Shown here: positions 19,901 through 27,336 of the stretch, one piece after another | Numbering within the stretch: the stretch's first letter is position 1 | Layout of the letters: every line of letters starts with the position of its first letter | From: Bacteroidaceae bacterium | Lineage (GTDB): Bacteria; Bacteroidota; Bacteroidia; Bacteroidales; Bacteroidaceae | NCBI GenBank assembly: GCA_045628285.1 | Contig: JAZQPD010000067.1 | Location: 1 to 50,887 of the forward strand | Reading direction: 5' to 3' | DNA length: 50,887 nucleotides | The notes under the pieces: model-generated | Told to the model about the DNA's origin: nothing | Seen by the model: only the letters and a program-made list of their open reading frames with translations | Database searches by the model: none | Made by a program: the position numbers and the translations under genes

Positions 19901-20439
19901 ACACCCTCAAGCAAGGCAACACGGCACACTTCCAGTTCACAAACTACAGCGACATGGTCAACAACTGGGACAACTGGTTGCTCGTGGCAGCCAACGGTGA
20001 GAGAGGAAGCGAAGGCTATGCTGAGTTCCTCGTACTCCGTGCCGACAACTACGGATGGGGCAACTGCTATGCCTCTGGTACACTCGTATGCGACTACAAC
20101 TGGGATACATTCAAACAGGACATGAACGGTGCAGCTGTAGATATTAACGTCACCTACAAGAACGGTAAGATTGACATGGTTGCAACTACCGTCACAGCAG
20201 ACGACACCAAAATCTACAACTACTCTGCAACAGGTTTCACAGGCATCACTGGTGAGGAGGTAACCCTCTTCTTCTCCGTGGAAATGGCCAACCTCCAGGG
20301 CAGATACGCAACAGGAATCGACGACATTCCTTCAGTAATTATTGAAAACAAGGTCACTTACAACCTTGCAGGCCAGCAGGTTGATGACGGCTACAAGGGC
20401 ATCGTCATCCAAAACGGCAAGAAGATGCTGAAGAAGTAA
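16909..20439 (+). CDS. Large secreted protein: LamG/concanavalin-like domain, two helical-linker plus beta-domain repeats, T9SS C-terminal sorting domain
   Basis: 1176 aa. Signal peptide and a LamG-like block (NWHFVAIVIDGQNYKYYIDN ... YAYDDIAIYPAALSTDDI). Internal duplication (..IHQTIGSLKPGYYTVSADM..NFVLKYYG versus ..IHQTFADMPKGQYRLVAKG..DFELYYLG). The CTD ..NLAGQQVDDGYKGIVIQNGKKMLKK is nearly identical to that of the C10 protease. Confidence 0.7.
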   Translation: MKKLLTLIAAMGMTVAMSAQDLPKAVFMLDFEGVTSAEAIGAEQVGDGEFRVSENANFGTYYQNKPNGTEKTSHVNYLIVPSQGFINAQAQNAQQVSICLWVNGTVANAIGVDHYYSTLIAAYNSGSSYKTFSWPMFSARARGTLQINCNGWSDFVATESATGTVVENNDWIKNNVGENFDDNWHFVAIVIDGQNYKYYIDNVIVNEWNTNSTDGSLNYQFTTVMNQLDQIYLGDCGPFWQDEDPAYAYDDIAIYPAALSTDDIQLIMDVKQGKLTPEVLLAVAKNKYQVAFDDLTAYAGQIGEDGYTTFGQALDDYAMEYTVEEETVEAYNKGANDMTAKLAEAQAVVKQCEAFKAECAAIEAFANATQYPGYEAFISALNVAIPDYSALTSAEPVAEGKTKLAEAKTAYLFSQELPADGSGIVVTKMIQHPWFVDEAMEPTLDENGLATYPTDNPGAHLNGGGWENTSTVPGSDCTMYYTQGRTTWNNFHSSTLVGGILDIHQTIGSLKPGYYTVSADMVSSSGATDNHVYAQTANALRVSPVFSGNGWDAVETGVGKWETLTSDKIFVGDDGELFIGAASTTNGVAYAGWYCVTNFVLKYYGTDVDLNTELAAKIEQANSTIADMQLGGDIAKANEQLKAVLESNMTDYDKISQISSYITDEWNKWIAAETSFTSLDDFTMFAEAEEDAELQEIELAVIKSLNATFSTITYDQLPEITNTYKEFVIYSSIVKNARAWGKTEKLSEQFAALKGNFTLADLQGYDDELISLMKADIASKGASKENPVDISFLIKNASFRTNDGYMWEGDAPAVSFNEAEFFNKNFNIHQTFADMPKGQYRLVAKGFYRDGANDVALPNYPANTVYNAKLYINDAVGNLRAWASDSLAVEDGGNPYSDDDYTESFMAYYPNSMATGAQYFADGHYAGNFVEYTMDENGDITLGLKKEATITNDWTLFTDFELYYLGGADPSQTDDYLVTCGEEGNVSYGFWQEFSDYYTLKQGNTAHFQFTNYSDMVNNWDNWLLVAANGERGSEGYAEFLVLRADNYGWGNCYASGTLVCDYNWDTFKQDMNGAAVDINVTYKNGKIDMVATTVTADDTKIYNYSATGFTGITGEEVTLFFSVEMANLQGRYATGIDDIPSVIIENKVTYNLAGQQVDDGYKGIVIQNGKKMLKK

Positions 20440-20460
20440 CTCCCCAAATACCTAACAACA

Positions 20461-20501
20461 AACACTGCGGTGGCAAATCACATTGTCACCGCAGTGTTTT
20501 T
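20461..20501. terminator. Rho-independent terminator between the convergent LamG cargo gene and the DUF4143 ATPase gene
   Basis: Perfect 12-bp stem aacactgcggtg / caccgcagtgtt with a 14-nt loop and a T5 tract on the plus strand. Confidence 0.7.
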
Positions 20502-20573
20502 AGGCATAGAATCAAATTCTCCATTACCAGAACAATTCCATCAGAAAGAGTAAGTTTTCTATTGCTTTGAAGA

Positions 20574-21932
20574 TTAGAAGATGCAGCCATCCTCAGGAAT
20601 TTTGGCACGTTTTATACACATTATATAATATATAGGCATATAGGTGACATTGCCCTTTGTATATACTTCCCGCTCATTGTGAAGCACGATGCCCGATGAG
20701 ATATTGTACTCCTTGTCTGCAAGAAAACGGTCAAGTGCCTTATGCGAAGTATAGTTCTTGCCAGATTTTACCTCAATAGGCAATACTGTCATTCCAGCTA
20801 CATTGTTTACAAGATAGTCAACCTCGCCCTTCTTCGCGTTGTCATAATAGAAGAGGTCATGTCCATGTGCCCTCAACTCCTGAGCAACCACGCTCTCATA
20901 GACCGAACCGAGGTTTATGCTTCGTTCGTCCTTCATCACAGGAGCGATATTATACTCGTACAATCGTCCAGTAAGCAGACCCACATCGTTCAGATACAGT
21001 TTCAGTAGGTTCTTGTGAACCGACTCTGACAGGGGATATTTTGGATTGGAGATGGCATGTGCTTCAAGGGCGATGCCAGAGGATATAAGGTATTCAAACT
21101 CTTCTGCATACCATTCGAACCTGTCGCCTTTCTTGTCACGGATGTCCTTTGCCACAATACGCTTCTTCTTGTTCTCCATCTGAGATACAACCATGTCATA
21201 GATACGGCGTATGAGGAGTTTCTTGCTTGACTCCGTCTCGTATTTGGCAGCATCTTCCTTGTAAAGGTTGCGGATGGACTCCTGTACCTCTCGAACTCGG
21301 ACGATGTTGTGAGTTTCCAGATAAGTATTGACAACATCAGGAAAACCACCCACCAACAGATACTTCTTGAACTCACCCAACAGATTCTCATGTTGTGTCT
21401 CACTGAGTGAAACCTGTCGTCTGTAGCAATCACGCACATAATCAAGGGCTTCTCTGCCCCAACCTTCTGCCATCAGCCATTCTTCAAAGTCAAGCTGATA
21501 CATCTGCTTGCGGATAATGCTGCCAATAGGTATTGAAGCCGTATTGCGAAATGCAATGCCAAGCAAACTACCACTGGCTATGTAGGTGAACTTACCTTCC
21601 TCTCGCAGGAATTTCAGCATGGTAAGATACTGAGGATAATGCTGTATCTCGTCAAGGAAGACAAGTGTGTCTGACTTGTCGCCCAATTTTCCACCTGCAA
21701 TCATGCTTAGGGTCATATAGAACTCGTCCAATCCGTGCAAGTCACGGAATAGGCCATCAGTTTCGTCATCCTTGACAAAATTCACCTCGACGAAGTTCTT
21801 GTAAAGTCTATTGCCTATCTCGCGAATAATGTAGGATTTGCCTATCTGTCGGGCTCCCTCCACTACCATTACTTCGTCATTACCAGAGCGAAGATGTGCC
21901 TCAATATCTGTACTGATTTTTCTGTAAAGCAT
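20574..21932 (-). CDS. ATPase, AAA+ / DUF4143 family (COG1373-like)
   Basis: Start taken at ATG 21930-21932 (MLYRKISTDIEAHL..). Walker A GARQIGKS, Walker B LVFLDEIQ, C-terminal DUF4143-like region. The 83 upstream codons of the raw ORF are low-complexity read-through of a repeat region. Confidence 0.8.
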   Translation of the reverse strand: MLYRKISTDIEAHLRSGNDEVMVVEGARQIGKSYIIREIGNRLYKNFVEVNFVKDDETDGLFRDLHGLDEFYMTLSMIAGGKLGDKSDTLVFLDEIQHYPQYLTMLKFLREEGKFTYIASGSLLGIAFRNTASIPIGSIIRKQMYQLDFEEWLMAEGWGREALDYVRDCYRRQVSLSETQHENLLGEFKKYLLVGGFPDVVNTYLETHNIVRVREVQESIRNLYKEDAAKYETESSKKLLIRRIYDMVVSQMENKKKRIVAKDIRDKKGDRFEWYAEEFEYLISSGIALEAHAISNPKYPLSESVHKNLLKLYLNDVGLLTGRLYEYNIAPVMKDERSINLGSVYESVVAQELRAHGHDLFYYDNAKKGEVDYLVNNVAGMTVLPIEVKSGKNYTSHKALDRFLADKEYNISSGIVLHNEREVYTKGNVTYMPIYYIMCIKRAKIPEDGCIF

Positions 21933-21937
21933 AGTTG

Positions 21938-22016
21938 AATTACACTTTTTATTCGTTTTTATGCTTGCAAAATTACACTTTTTTCTTGATAAATGTATCG
22001 GAAAATTACACTTTTT
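21938..22016 (-). repeat. Three copies of AATTACACTTTTT at exactly 33-nt spacing upstream of the DUF4143 ATPase gene
   Basis: The copies start at 21938, 21971 and 22004 (plus-strand reading). The middle copy contains the -7 box. Confidence 0.8.
21968..21975 (-). promoter_or_regulatory. Putative -7 box (TAATTTTG) for the DUF4143 ATPase gene
   Basis: Lies 36 nt upstream of ATG 21932, inside the middle 33-nt repeat. Confidence 0.4.
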
Positions 22017-22329
22017 CTTGTTTTTTTTACTATAATTTGTACCGGATTCATTAAGTGGACACGAAAAAAGCACCTCGGCATGCTTAAAAACCATTTTGGC
22101 ATTGCTCTCAGCTTGGCATCGGCTCGTATCAATCGCTCGCTGCGCTCGTGCAAGATACTCACGCTCGGAAATATCGTGCAAACCGTTCCGAGCTTGTCTC
22201 GCCTGATGGTCGAAGCACCGGAAGAAAGCAGAACTATGCTTGCATAAGTTATGCTGAGGTGCAGCCGATATTGCAGGTACTGAAATAAAAATAAATTCCT
22301 ATTTATTTTGTATTTCTCTCGCTTATTCG

Positions 22330-22337
22330 TATCTTTG
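22330..22337 (+). promoter_or_regulatory. Putative -7 box (TATCTTTG) for the chromate transporter pair
   Basis: Lies 25 nt upstream of ATG 22362. Confidence 0.45.
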
Positions 22338-22361
22338 CAAAAGTAATTGGAAATTCACGGA

Positions 22362-22901
22362 ATGACGATATACACTGACATGTTCCTTACGTTTGCGAAG
22401 ATCGGTGCATTCACTCTTGGTGGTGGATATGCCATGATTCCATTGCTGGAAAAGGAGGTTGTTGACAAGAAGAGTTGGTTGAGCAAGGAGGAGTTCATGG
22501 ATGTGCTGGCTATTGCCCAAAGTACTCCCGGACTGTTTGCCATCAATATGGCTTCGCATATCGGCAATAAGCTGAAGGGCGTGTGGGGCGGAGTGGTCGG
22601 CAGTTTTGGCGTAGCTCTTCCGAGTATCGTGGTAATTCTGATGATAGCAATGTTCTTCCAGACATTCAAGGACAACCCTTGGGTCGAGAAGTTCTTCATG
22701 GGTGTGCGTCCAGCAGTCGTCGCACTTATAGTTGCTCCGTGTATCGGAATGGCAAGGACGGCGAAGTTGACTCTGACAACGGCATGGATTCCCATTGTGG
22801 CGTGTGTGCTGATTGCTCTCTTTGGGGTGAGTCCTATATGGATTGTGTGTGCTGCACTTATCGGTGGGTATGTACTGAGCACAACTCGGAGTGAAAAGTG
22901 A
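22362..22901 (+). CDS. Chromate transporter family protein (short-chain CHR, half 1)
   Basis: FLTFAKIGAFTLGGGYAMIPLLEKEVV...EEFMDVLAIAQSTPG is the CHR signature. ATG 22362 is preferred because a -7 box sits at 22330-22337. Confidence 0.8.
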   Translation: MTIYTDMFLTFAKIGAFTLGGGYAMIPLLEKEVVDKKSWLSKEEFMDVLAIAQSTPGLFAINMASHIGNKLKGVWGGVVGSFGVALPSIVVILMIAMFFQTFKDNPWVEKFFMGVRPAVVALIVAPCIGMARTAKLTLTTAWIPIVACVLIALFGVSPIWIVCAALIGGYVLSTTRSEK

Positions 22902-22946
22902 TGGTTCCCTTCGACAAGCTCAGGATAAACTAAGCTCAGCAACCAA

Positions 22947-22995
22947 GTGAAAAGTGAAAAGTCAACGACTAATGGCTAATGGCTAACGGCAAAAT
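22947..22995 (+). repeat. Heptad tandem array (7 units)
   Basis: gtgaaaa|gtgaaaa|gtcaacg|actaatg|gctaatg|gctaacg|gcaaaat, with AA at positions 4-5 of every unit. Confidence 0.8.
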
Positions 22996-23012
22996 ATAAA
23001 ACAGACGGTGTA

Positions 23013-23600
23013 ATGATATTCTGGCAGTTGTTTCTGACATTCAGTAAGATTGGCATCTTCAACTTCGGTGGGGGATATGCAATGCTTTCGCTCATCCACA
23101 ATGAGGTGGTGGAGAAGCAGGGATGGTTGTCGGCTTCTGAGTTTACAGACATCGTGGCAATCTCCCAAAGCACACCGGGCCCTATCGGAATAAACTGTGC
23201 CACCTACACGGGATACACTGCCGTGCTTAATTCGGGAATGCCTCAGTGGGCTGCTGTCATGGGTGCCATACTGGCATCGTTGAGTGTGCTGTGGCTACCG
23301 TTTCTCCTTATGCTCATCATTTCGAAGATGCTTCTGAGAGCTGTTTCGGCAGAGAATGGAGGACGTGGTAATGTGGACAGCCTGTTCCGGTTTCTCCGTC
23401 CTGCCGTGGTGGGACTGGTGGCTGCCGCTGCCATATTGCTGATGAACAGGGACAACTTCGGGTCGGTCTCGGATTCTCCGTTCCAGTTCTTCGTGAGTGT
23501 GATGATTTTCATTCTGGCCTTTGTAGGTACTCGTCTGTACAGGATCCATCCTATATGGATGATGATTCTCTGCGGAGTGGCAGGAGTGATGATATACTGA
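23013..23600 (+). CDS. Chromate transporter family protein (short-chain CHR, half 2)
   Basis: FLTFSKIGIFNFGGGYAMLSLIHNEVV...SEFTDIVAISQSTPGP. Paralogous to the preceding gene. Paired half-size CHR genes are a known arrangement. Confidence 0.8.
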   Translation: MIFWQLFLTFSKIGIFNFGGGYAMLSLIHNEVVEKQGWLSASEFTDIVAISQSTPGPIGINCATYTGYTAVLNSGMPQWAAVMGAILASLSVLWLPFLLMLIISKMLLRAVSAENGGRGNVDSLFRFLRPAVVGLVAAAAILLMNRDNFGSVSDSPFQFFVSVMIFILAFVGTRLYRIHPIWMMILCGVAGVMIY

Positions 23601-23700
23601 GCGGAACTCAGAGTGAAAAGAGCAAAATCAAAGATAAACTTGAAATCTGGAGTATGAAACAAAATCATTTATTCTAAAAATAACTAATTATCTATCGCGT

Positions 23701-24543
23701 ATGAAAACAAATTATGAAATTCGCTATGCTGCTCACCCACAGGATGCAAAGAGCTATGACACTACCCGTCTGCGCCATGATTTCCTGATTGAGAAGGTGT
23801 TTGCAGCTGATGAGGTTAACCTCGTGTACAGCATGTATGACCGCATGGTCGTTGGTGGTGCCATGCCTGTAAGTGAAGAATTGAAACTTGAGGCTATCGA
23901 CCCATTGAAGGCTCAGTATTTCACTACCCGCAGGGAAATCGGTATCTTCAATGTCGGCGGTGCAGGAAAGGTTAAGGTAGGCGACGAGACTTTCGATCTC
24001 GGCTATAAGGAGGCTCTCTATATCGGTCGTGGCGACAGGGATGTGGTCTTCACATCCGACGATGCTGCAAAACCAGCCAAGTTCTATATCAACTCCACTA
24101 CTGCCCACAAGGAATATCCTTGCAGGAAAATCACTAAGGCCGATGCCGTAGTGGCTCACATGGGTAGTCTTGAGATGAGTAATGAGAGGAATATCAACAA
24201 GATGGTGGTAAATCAGGTCCTCCCTACTTGCCAGTTGCAGATGGGTATGACAGAACTGGCACCGGGAAGTGTATGGAACACAATGCCTGCTCATGTTCAC
24301 TCACGCCGTATGGAAGCTTATTTCTATTTCGAGGTTCCTGAGGATCAGGCTGTATGTCACTTCATGGGCGAGGTGGAAGAAACCCGCCATATCTGGATGA
24401 AGGGCGACCAGGCTGTTCTCTCACCGGAGTGGTCAATCCATTCTGCTGCAGCAACCCACAACTACACATTCATCTGGGGTATGGGTGGTGAGAATCTCGA
24501 TTATGGCGATCAGGACTTTTCAAAAATTACAGACTTAAAATAA
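23701..24543 (+). CDS. kduI: 5-dehydro-4-deoxy-D-glucuronate isomerase
   Basis: 280 aa. The N-terminal region (..[33 protein letters not shown]) closely parallels E. coli KduI as I remember it. Cupin His residues are present. Confidence 0.9.
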   Translation: MKTNYEIRYAAHPQDAKSYDTTRLRHDFLIEKVFAADEVNLVYSMYDRMVVGGAMPVSEELKLEAIDPLKAQYFTTRREIGIFNVGGAGKVKVGDETFDLGYKEALYIGRGDRDVVFTSDDAAKPAKFYINSTTAHKEYPCRKITKADAVVAHMGSLEMSNERNINKMVVNQVLPTCQLQMGMTELAPGSVWNTMPAHVHSRRMEAYFYFEVPEDQAVCHFMGEVEETRHIWMKGDQAVLSPEWSIHSAAATHNYTFIWGMGGENLDYGDQDFSKITDLK

Positions 24544-24553
24544 CGAAAACATT

Positions 24554-25354
24554 ATGACTAATCTTTTTTCACTTGAGGGTAAGAATGCGTGGATTACTGG
24601 CGCATCTTACGGAATCGGCTTCAACATTGCAAAGGCCTTCGTTGCTGCCGGAATTAAGAACATCATCTTCAACGACATCAACGATGCAGCTCTCCAGCGT
24701 GGTCTTGACAACTACAGGGAGGCAGGAATCACAAATGTGAAAGGCTATGTATGTGACGTGACAAAGGAAGATGACGTCAAGGCTCTCGTGGAGACTATCC
24801 ACAAGGAAGTGGGTCAGATTGACATCCTCGTGAACAACGCCGGAATCATCAAGCGCATCCCTATGCACGAGATGAAACGTACAGAGTTCCAGCAGGTAAT
24901 CGATGTAGACCTTGTTGCCCCTTATATCGTCAGCAGCGCAGTCCTGCCTGAGATGATGGAACGTCGGGAGGGTAAGATTATCAACATCTGCAGTATGATG
25001 TCGGAACTCGGACGCGAGACCGTATCGGCTTATGCTGCCGCCAAGGGCGGATTGAAGATGCTCACAAGGAACATCTGCTCTGAGTATGGAGAATACAACA
25101 TCCAGTGCAACGGCATAGGTCCTGGTTACATCGCAACTCCTCAGACTGCTCCTCTCCGCGAGAAACAGCCGGACGGAAGCCGTCACCCGTTCGATTCGTT
25201 TATCTGTGCGAAGACTCCTGCCGGTCGCTGGCTCGATCCTTCTGAACTTGGCGGTCCTGCAGTATTCCTTGCTTCCCATGCAAGCGATGCAGTGAACGGA
25301 CATGTACTTTATGTCGACGGAGGCATTCTTGCCTATATCGGAAAACAGCCATGA
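24554..25354 (+). CDS. kduD: SDR oxidoreductase, 2-dehydro-3-deoxy-D-gluconate 5-dehydrogenase / gluconate 5-dehydrogenase type
   Basis: 266 aa. TGASYGIG cofactor motif, NNAG, catalytic YAAAK. Lies 10 nt downstream of kduI. Confidence 0.75.
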   Translation: MTNLFSLEGKNAWITGASYGIGFNIAKAFVAAGIKNIIFNDINDAALQRGLDNYREAGITNVKGYVCDVTKEDDVKALVETIHKEVGQIDILVNNAGIIKRIPMHEMKRTEFQQVIDVDLVAPYIVSSAVLPEMMERREGKIINICSMMSELGRETVSAYAAAKGGLKMLTRNICSEYGEYNIQCNGIGPGYIATPQTAPLREKQPDGSRHPFDSFICAKTPAGRWLDPSELGGPAVFLASHASDAVNGHVLYVDGGILAYIGKQP

Positions 25355-25358
25355 TGCA

Positions 25359-25421
25359 GTCAACGATGAATGGTAAGTTACAAATCGTAAGTTATAGATT
25401 GATAAATCATTGACAGTAATG
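25359..25421 (+). repeat. Degenerate heptad array filling the kduD-DUF4861 spacer
   Basis: gtcaacg|atgaatg|gtaagtt|acaaatc|gtaagtt|atagatt|gataaat|cattgac|agtaatg. The last unit contains the downstream ATG. Confidence 0.5.
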
Positions 25422-26690
25422 AGAAAATACATATTTGTCTTTCTGTTTTCTGCTTTCTGCTATTCACTTTCCACCCATTCTGCACTTGCTCAGAGTGTGA
25501 CGGTCACTGTGAAGAACTCACTCAAGACTCCCCGTTACGGTGAGATGATAGAGGTCAATGTTGCTGACCTGAAGTCGAAACTCAACGACAAGTTCGGGTT
25601 CATTGTCACCGATGTTGACGGAAATGAACTGCCAAGTCAGGTTACTTACGACGGCAAGTTGATTTTCCAGGTCGGCGTACCTGCAAAGGGTGCGTCAAAG
25701 TTCTTCGTAAAGGGTGGCACTGCCCGTCCTTACGAGCCCCGTGTCTTCGGCCGTCATTTTCCAGAAAGAGTCGATGACATTGCATGGGAGAACGACCGTG
25801 TGGCATTCCGCACCTATGGTCCTGCTCTCCAGAAGAACAACGAGAAGGCTTATGGGTTCGATATATGGAACAAGCGCACAAGCAAGCTGGTGGTTGAGGA
25901 CCGCTATGCCGGCGAACTGGATGCAAATGTCACTGCTGTGACTAAGAAACTGCGTGACATGGGCAAGGGTGATCTCGCCGACGATGTGTACAATGCAGTG
26001 AGTTACCATGTTGACCATGGAAATGGAATGGACTGCTACAAGGTCGGTTCCACTCTCGGAAGCGGAGCTCCTGCCCTGCTGGCCCAGGGTGAGAAGATTG
26101 TATATCCTTGGTGCTGGAAAGAGTTCGAGATTCTCGACAAGGGTCCTATTCGCTTCACCGTGAAACTGGTTTACAATCCGGAGACCGTCGACGGAAAGCA
26201 GGTGACGGAAACCCGTATTGTAAGTCTGGATGCAGGTAGCCACATGAACAAGTGTGTTGTCAGCTATGCCGGTCTGGCTGCTGCCAACCCTGTCTGTGCA
26301 GGCATCGTTGTCCATAAGGAAAATCCTACGGCATACGTCATGAATGCAGCCAAAGGCTATATGGGCTATGAGGACTTGGGTGATCCCAACCAATATAAGG
26401 AGAAGTACCGTGCCGTACAGAACAAGGACTTCGGCCACATCTATGTGGGTGCCGTGTTCCTGGGCAATGTTGCCGATATGAAGTATAAGGAAGAGGCAGG
26501 TCTCCCTGGAGCAAACGGCCATCTCCTCGGAATAGCAAGTACCGATTCAGCCACTCCGTTCACATACTATTTCGGTTCAGGCTGGAGCAGGAATGCAGAG
26601 ACTGACATCACTTCCCTTGCAAAGTGGGAGGAATATCTCGATGCCTTTGCCCAGCATGTCAGGAATCCCCTAAAGGTGACTGTGAAGTAA
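25419..26690 (+). CDS. Secreted DUF4861-like protein (family from memory; commonly follows kduI-kduD in Bacteroidales)
   Basis: ATG at 25419 gives MRKYIFVFLFSAFCYSLSTHSALAQ, a signal peptide. About 420 aa. The assignment rests on gene context and recollection only. Confidence 0.55.
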   Translation: MRKYIFVFLFSAFCYSLSTHSALAQSVTVTVKNSLKTPRYGEMIEVNVADLKSKLNDKFGFIVTDVDGNELPSQVTYDGKLIFQVGVPAKGASKFFVKGGTARPYEPRVFGRHFPERVDDIAWENDRVAFRTYGPALQKNNEKAYGFDIWNKRTSKLVVEDRYAGELDANVTAVTKKLRDMGKGDLADDVYNAVSYHVDHGNGMDCYKVGSTLGSGAPALLAQGEKIVYPWCWKEFEILDKGPIRFTVKLVYNPETVDGKQVTETRIVSLDAGSHMNKCVVSYAGLAAANPVCAGIVVHKENPTAYVMNAAKGYMGYEDLGDPNQYKEKYRAVQNKDFGHIYVGAVFLGNVADMKYKEEAGLPGANGHLLGIASTDSATPFTYYFGSGWSRNAETDITSLAKWEEYLDAFAQHVRNPLKVTVK

Positions 26691-26716
26691 AGAACCGTTT
26701 TATAATAAGGAAGGAG

Positions 26717-27307
26717 TCATGACTGTGGCTTCTTCCTTGCTTTTTCGTAGCACTCCCGGCAGAGAGGCTCATATTCGTTCATCTCTCCGAGCAGTACACG
26801 TTTGTCATTGTCGACGAGCCGGTGCGATATATACGCCTGAGCACCACACCTCACACAGATGGCATGCACCTTCGTGACATCATCGGCAATGGCCATCAGC
26901 GACGGCATCGGACCGAACGGGACTCCCTTGAAATCCATGTCGAGTCCTGCTGCAATCACTCTCACACCCTTCTCTGCCAGTTCGTTGCAGACAGCAGGCA
27001 GGTTGTTGTCGAAGAACTGAGCCTCGTCGATTCCAATCACGTCGCATTCAGAACCGAGGAGGAGGATGCTACTGGAGTTGTCAACGGGAGTTGAGTTGAT
27101 TGCCTGACCTTCGTGTGTCACTACGTCTTCTTCTGAATAGCGCACATCGATTGACGGCTTGAAGATTTCAACATTCTGGTGAGCGAACTTGGCACGCTTC
27201 ATACGCCGGATGAGTTCCTCAGTCTTGCCTGAGAACATGGAACCGCATATTACCTCAATGCGCCCCTGACGAGTTTTTTCACCATTGTTATAGAATATGT
27301 CTGACAT
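26717..27307 (-). CDS. tdk: Thymidine kinase
   Basis: Start at ATG 27305-27307 (MSDIFYNN..). P-loop [21 protein letters not shown], and a C-terminal zinc ribbon (CVRCG..CRECY). Confidence 0.9.
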   Translation of the reverse strand: MSDIFYNNGEKTRQGRIEVICGSMFSGKTEELIRRMKRAKFAHQNVEIFKPSIDVRYSEEDVVTHEGQAINSTPVDNSSSILLLGSECDVIGIDEAQFFDNNLPAVCNELAEKGVRVIAAGLDMDFKGVPFGPMPSLMAIADDVTKVHAICVRCGAQAYISHRLVDNDKRVLLGEMNEYEPLCRECYEKARKKPQS

Positions 27308-27336
27308 AACTGTTTGTTTTTCTTTATTCAAGTTTT

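Noticed and set aside
21933-22181. 83-codon N-terminal extension of the DUF4143 ATPase ORF
   Set aside because: It translates the 33-nt repeat and promoter region into low-complexity sequence (KKCNF x3). The conserved family N-terminus starts at MLYRKI (ATG 21932).
22355-22942. 195-aa minus-strand ORF
   Set aside because: It is antisense to the chromate transporter gene. Its N-terminus (MLSLVYPELVEG) is a translation of the intergenic repeat element.
24569-26522. 287-aa and 275-aa minus-strand ORFs (24569..25432 and 25695..26522)
   Set aside because: They are antisense to kduD and to the DUF4861 gene respectively. The sense genes have clear family signatures or signal peptides, and the antisense translations have none.
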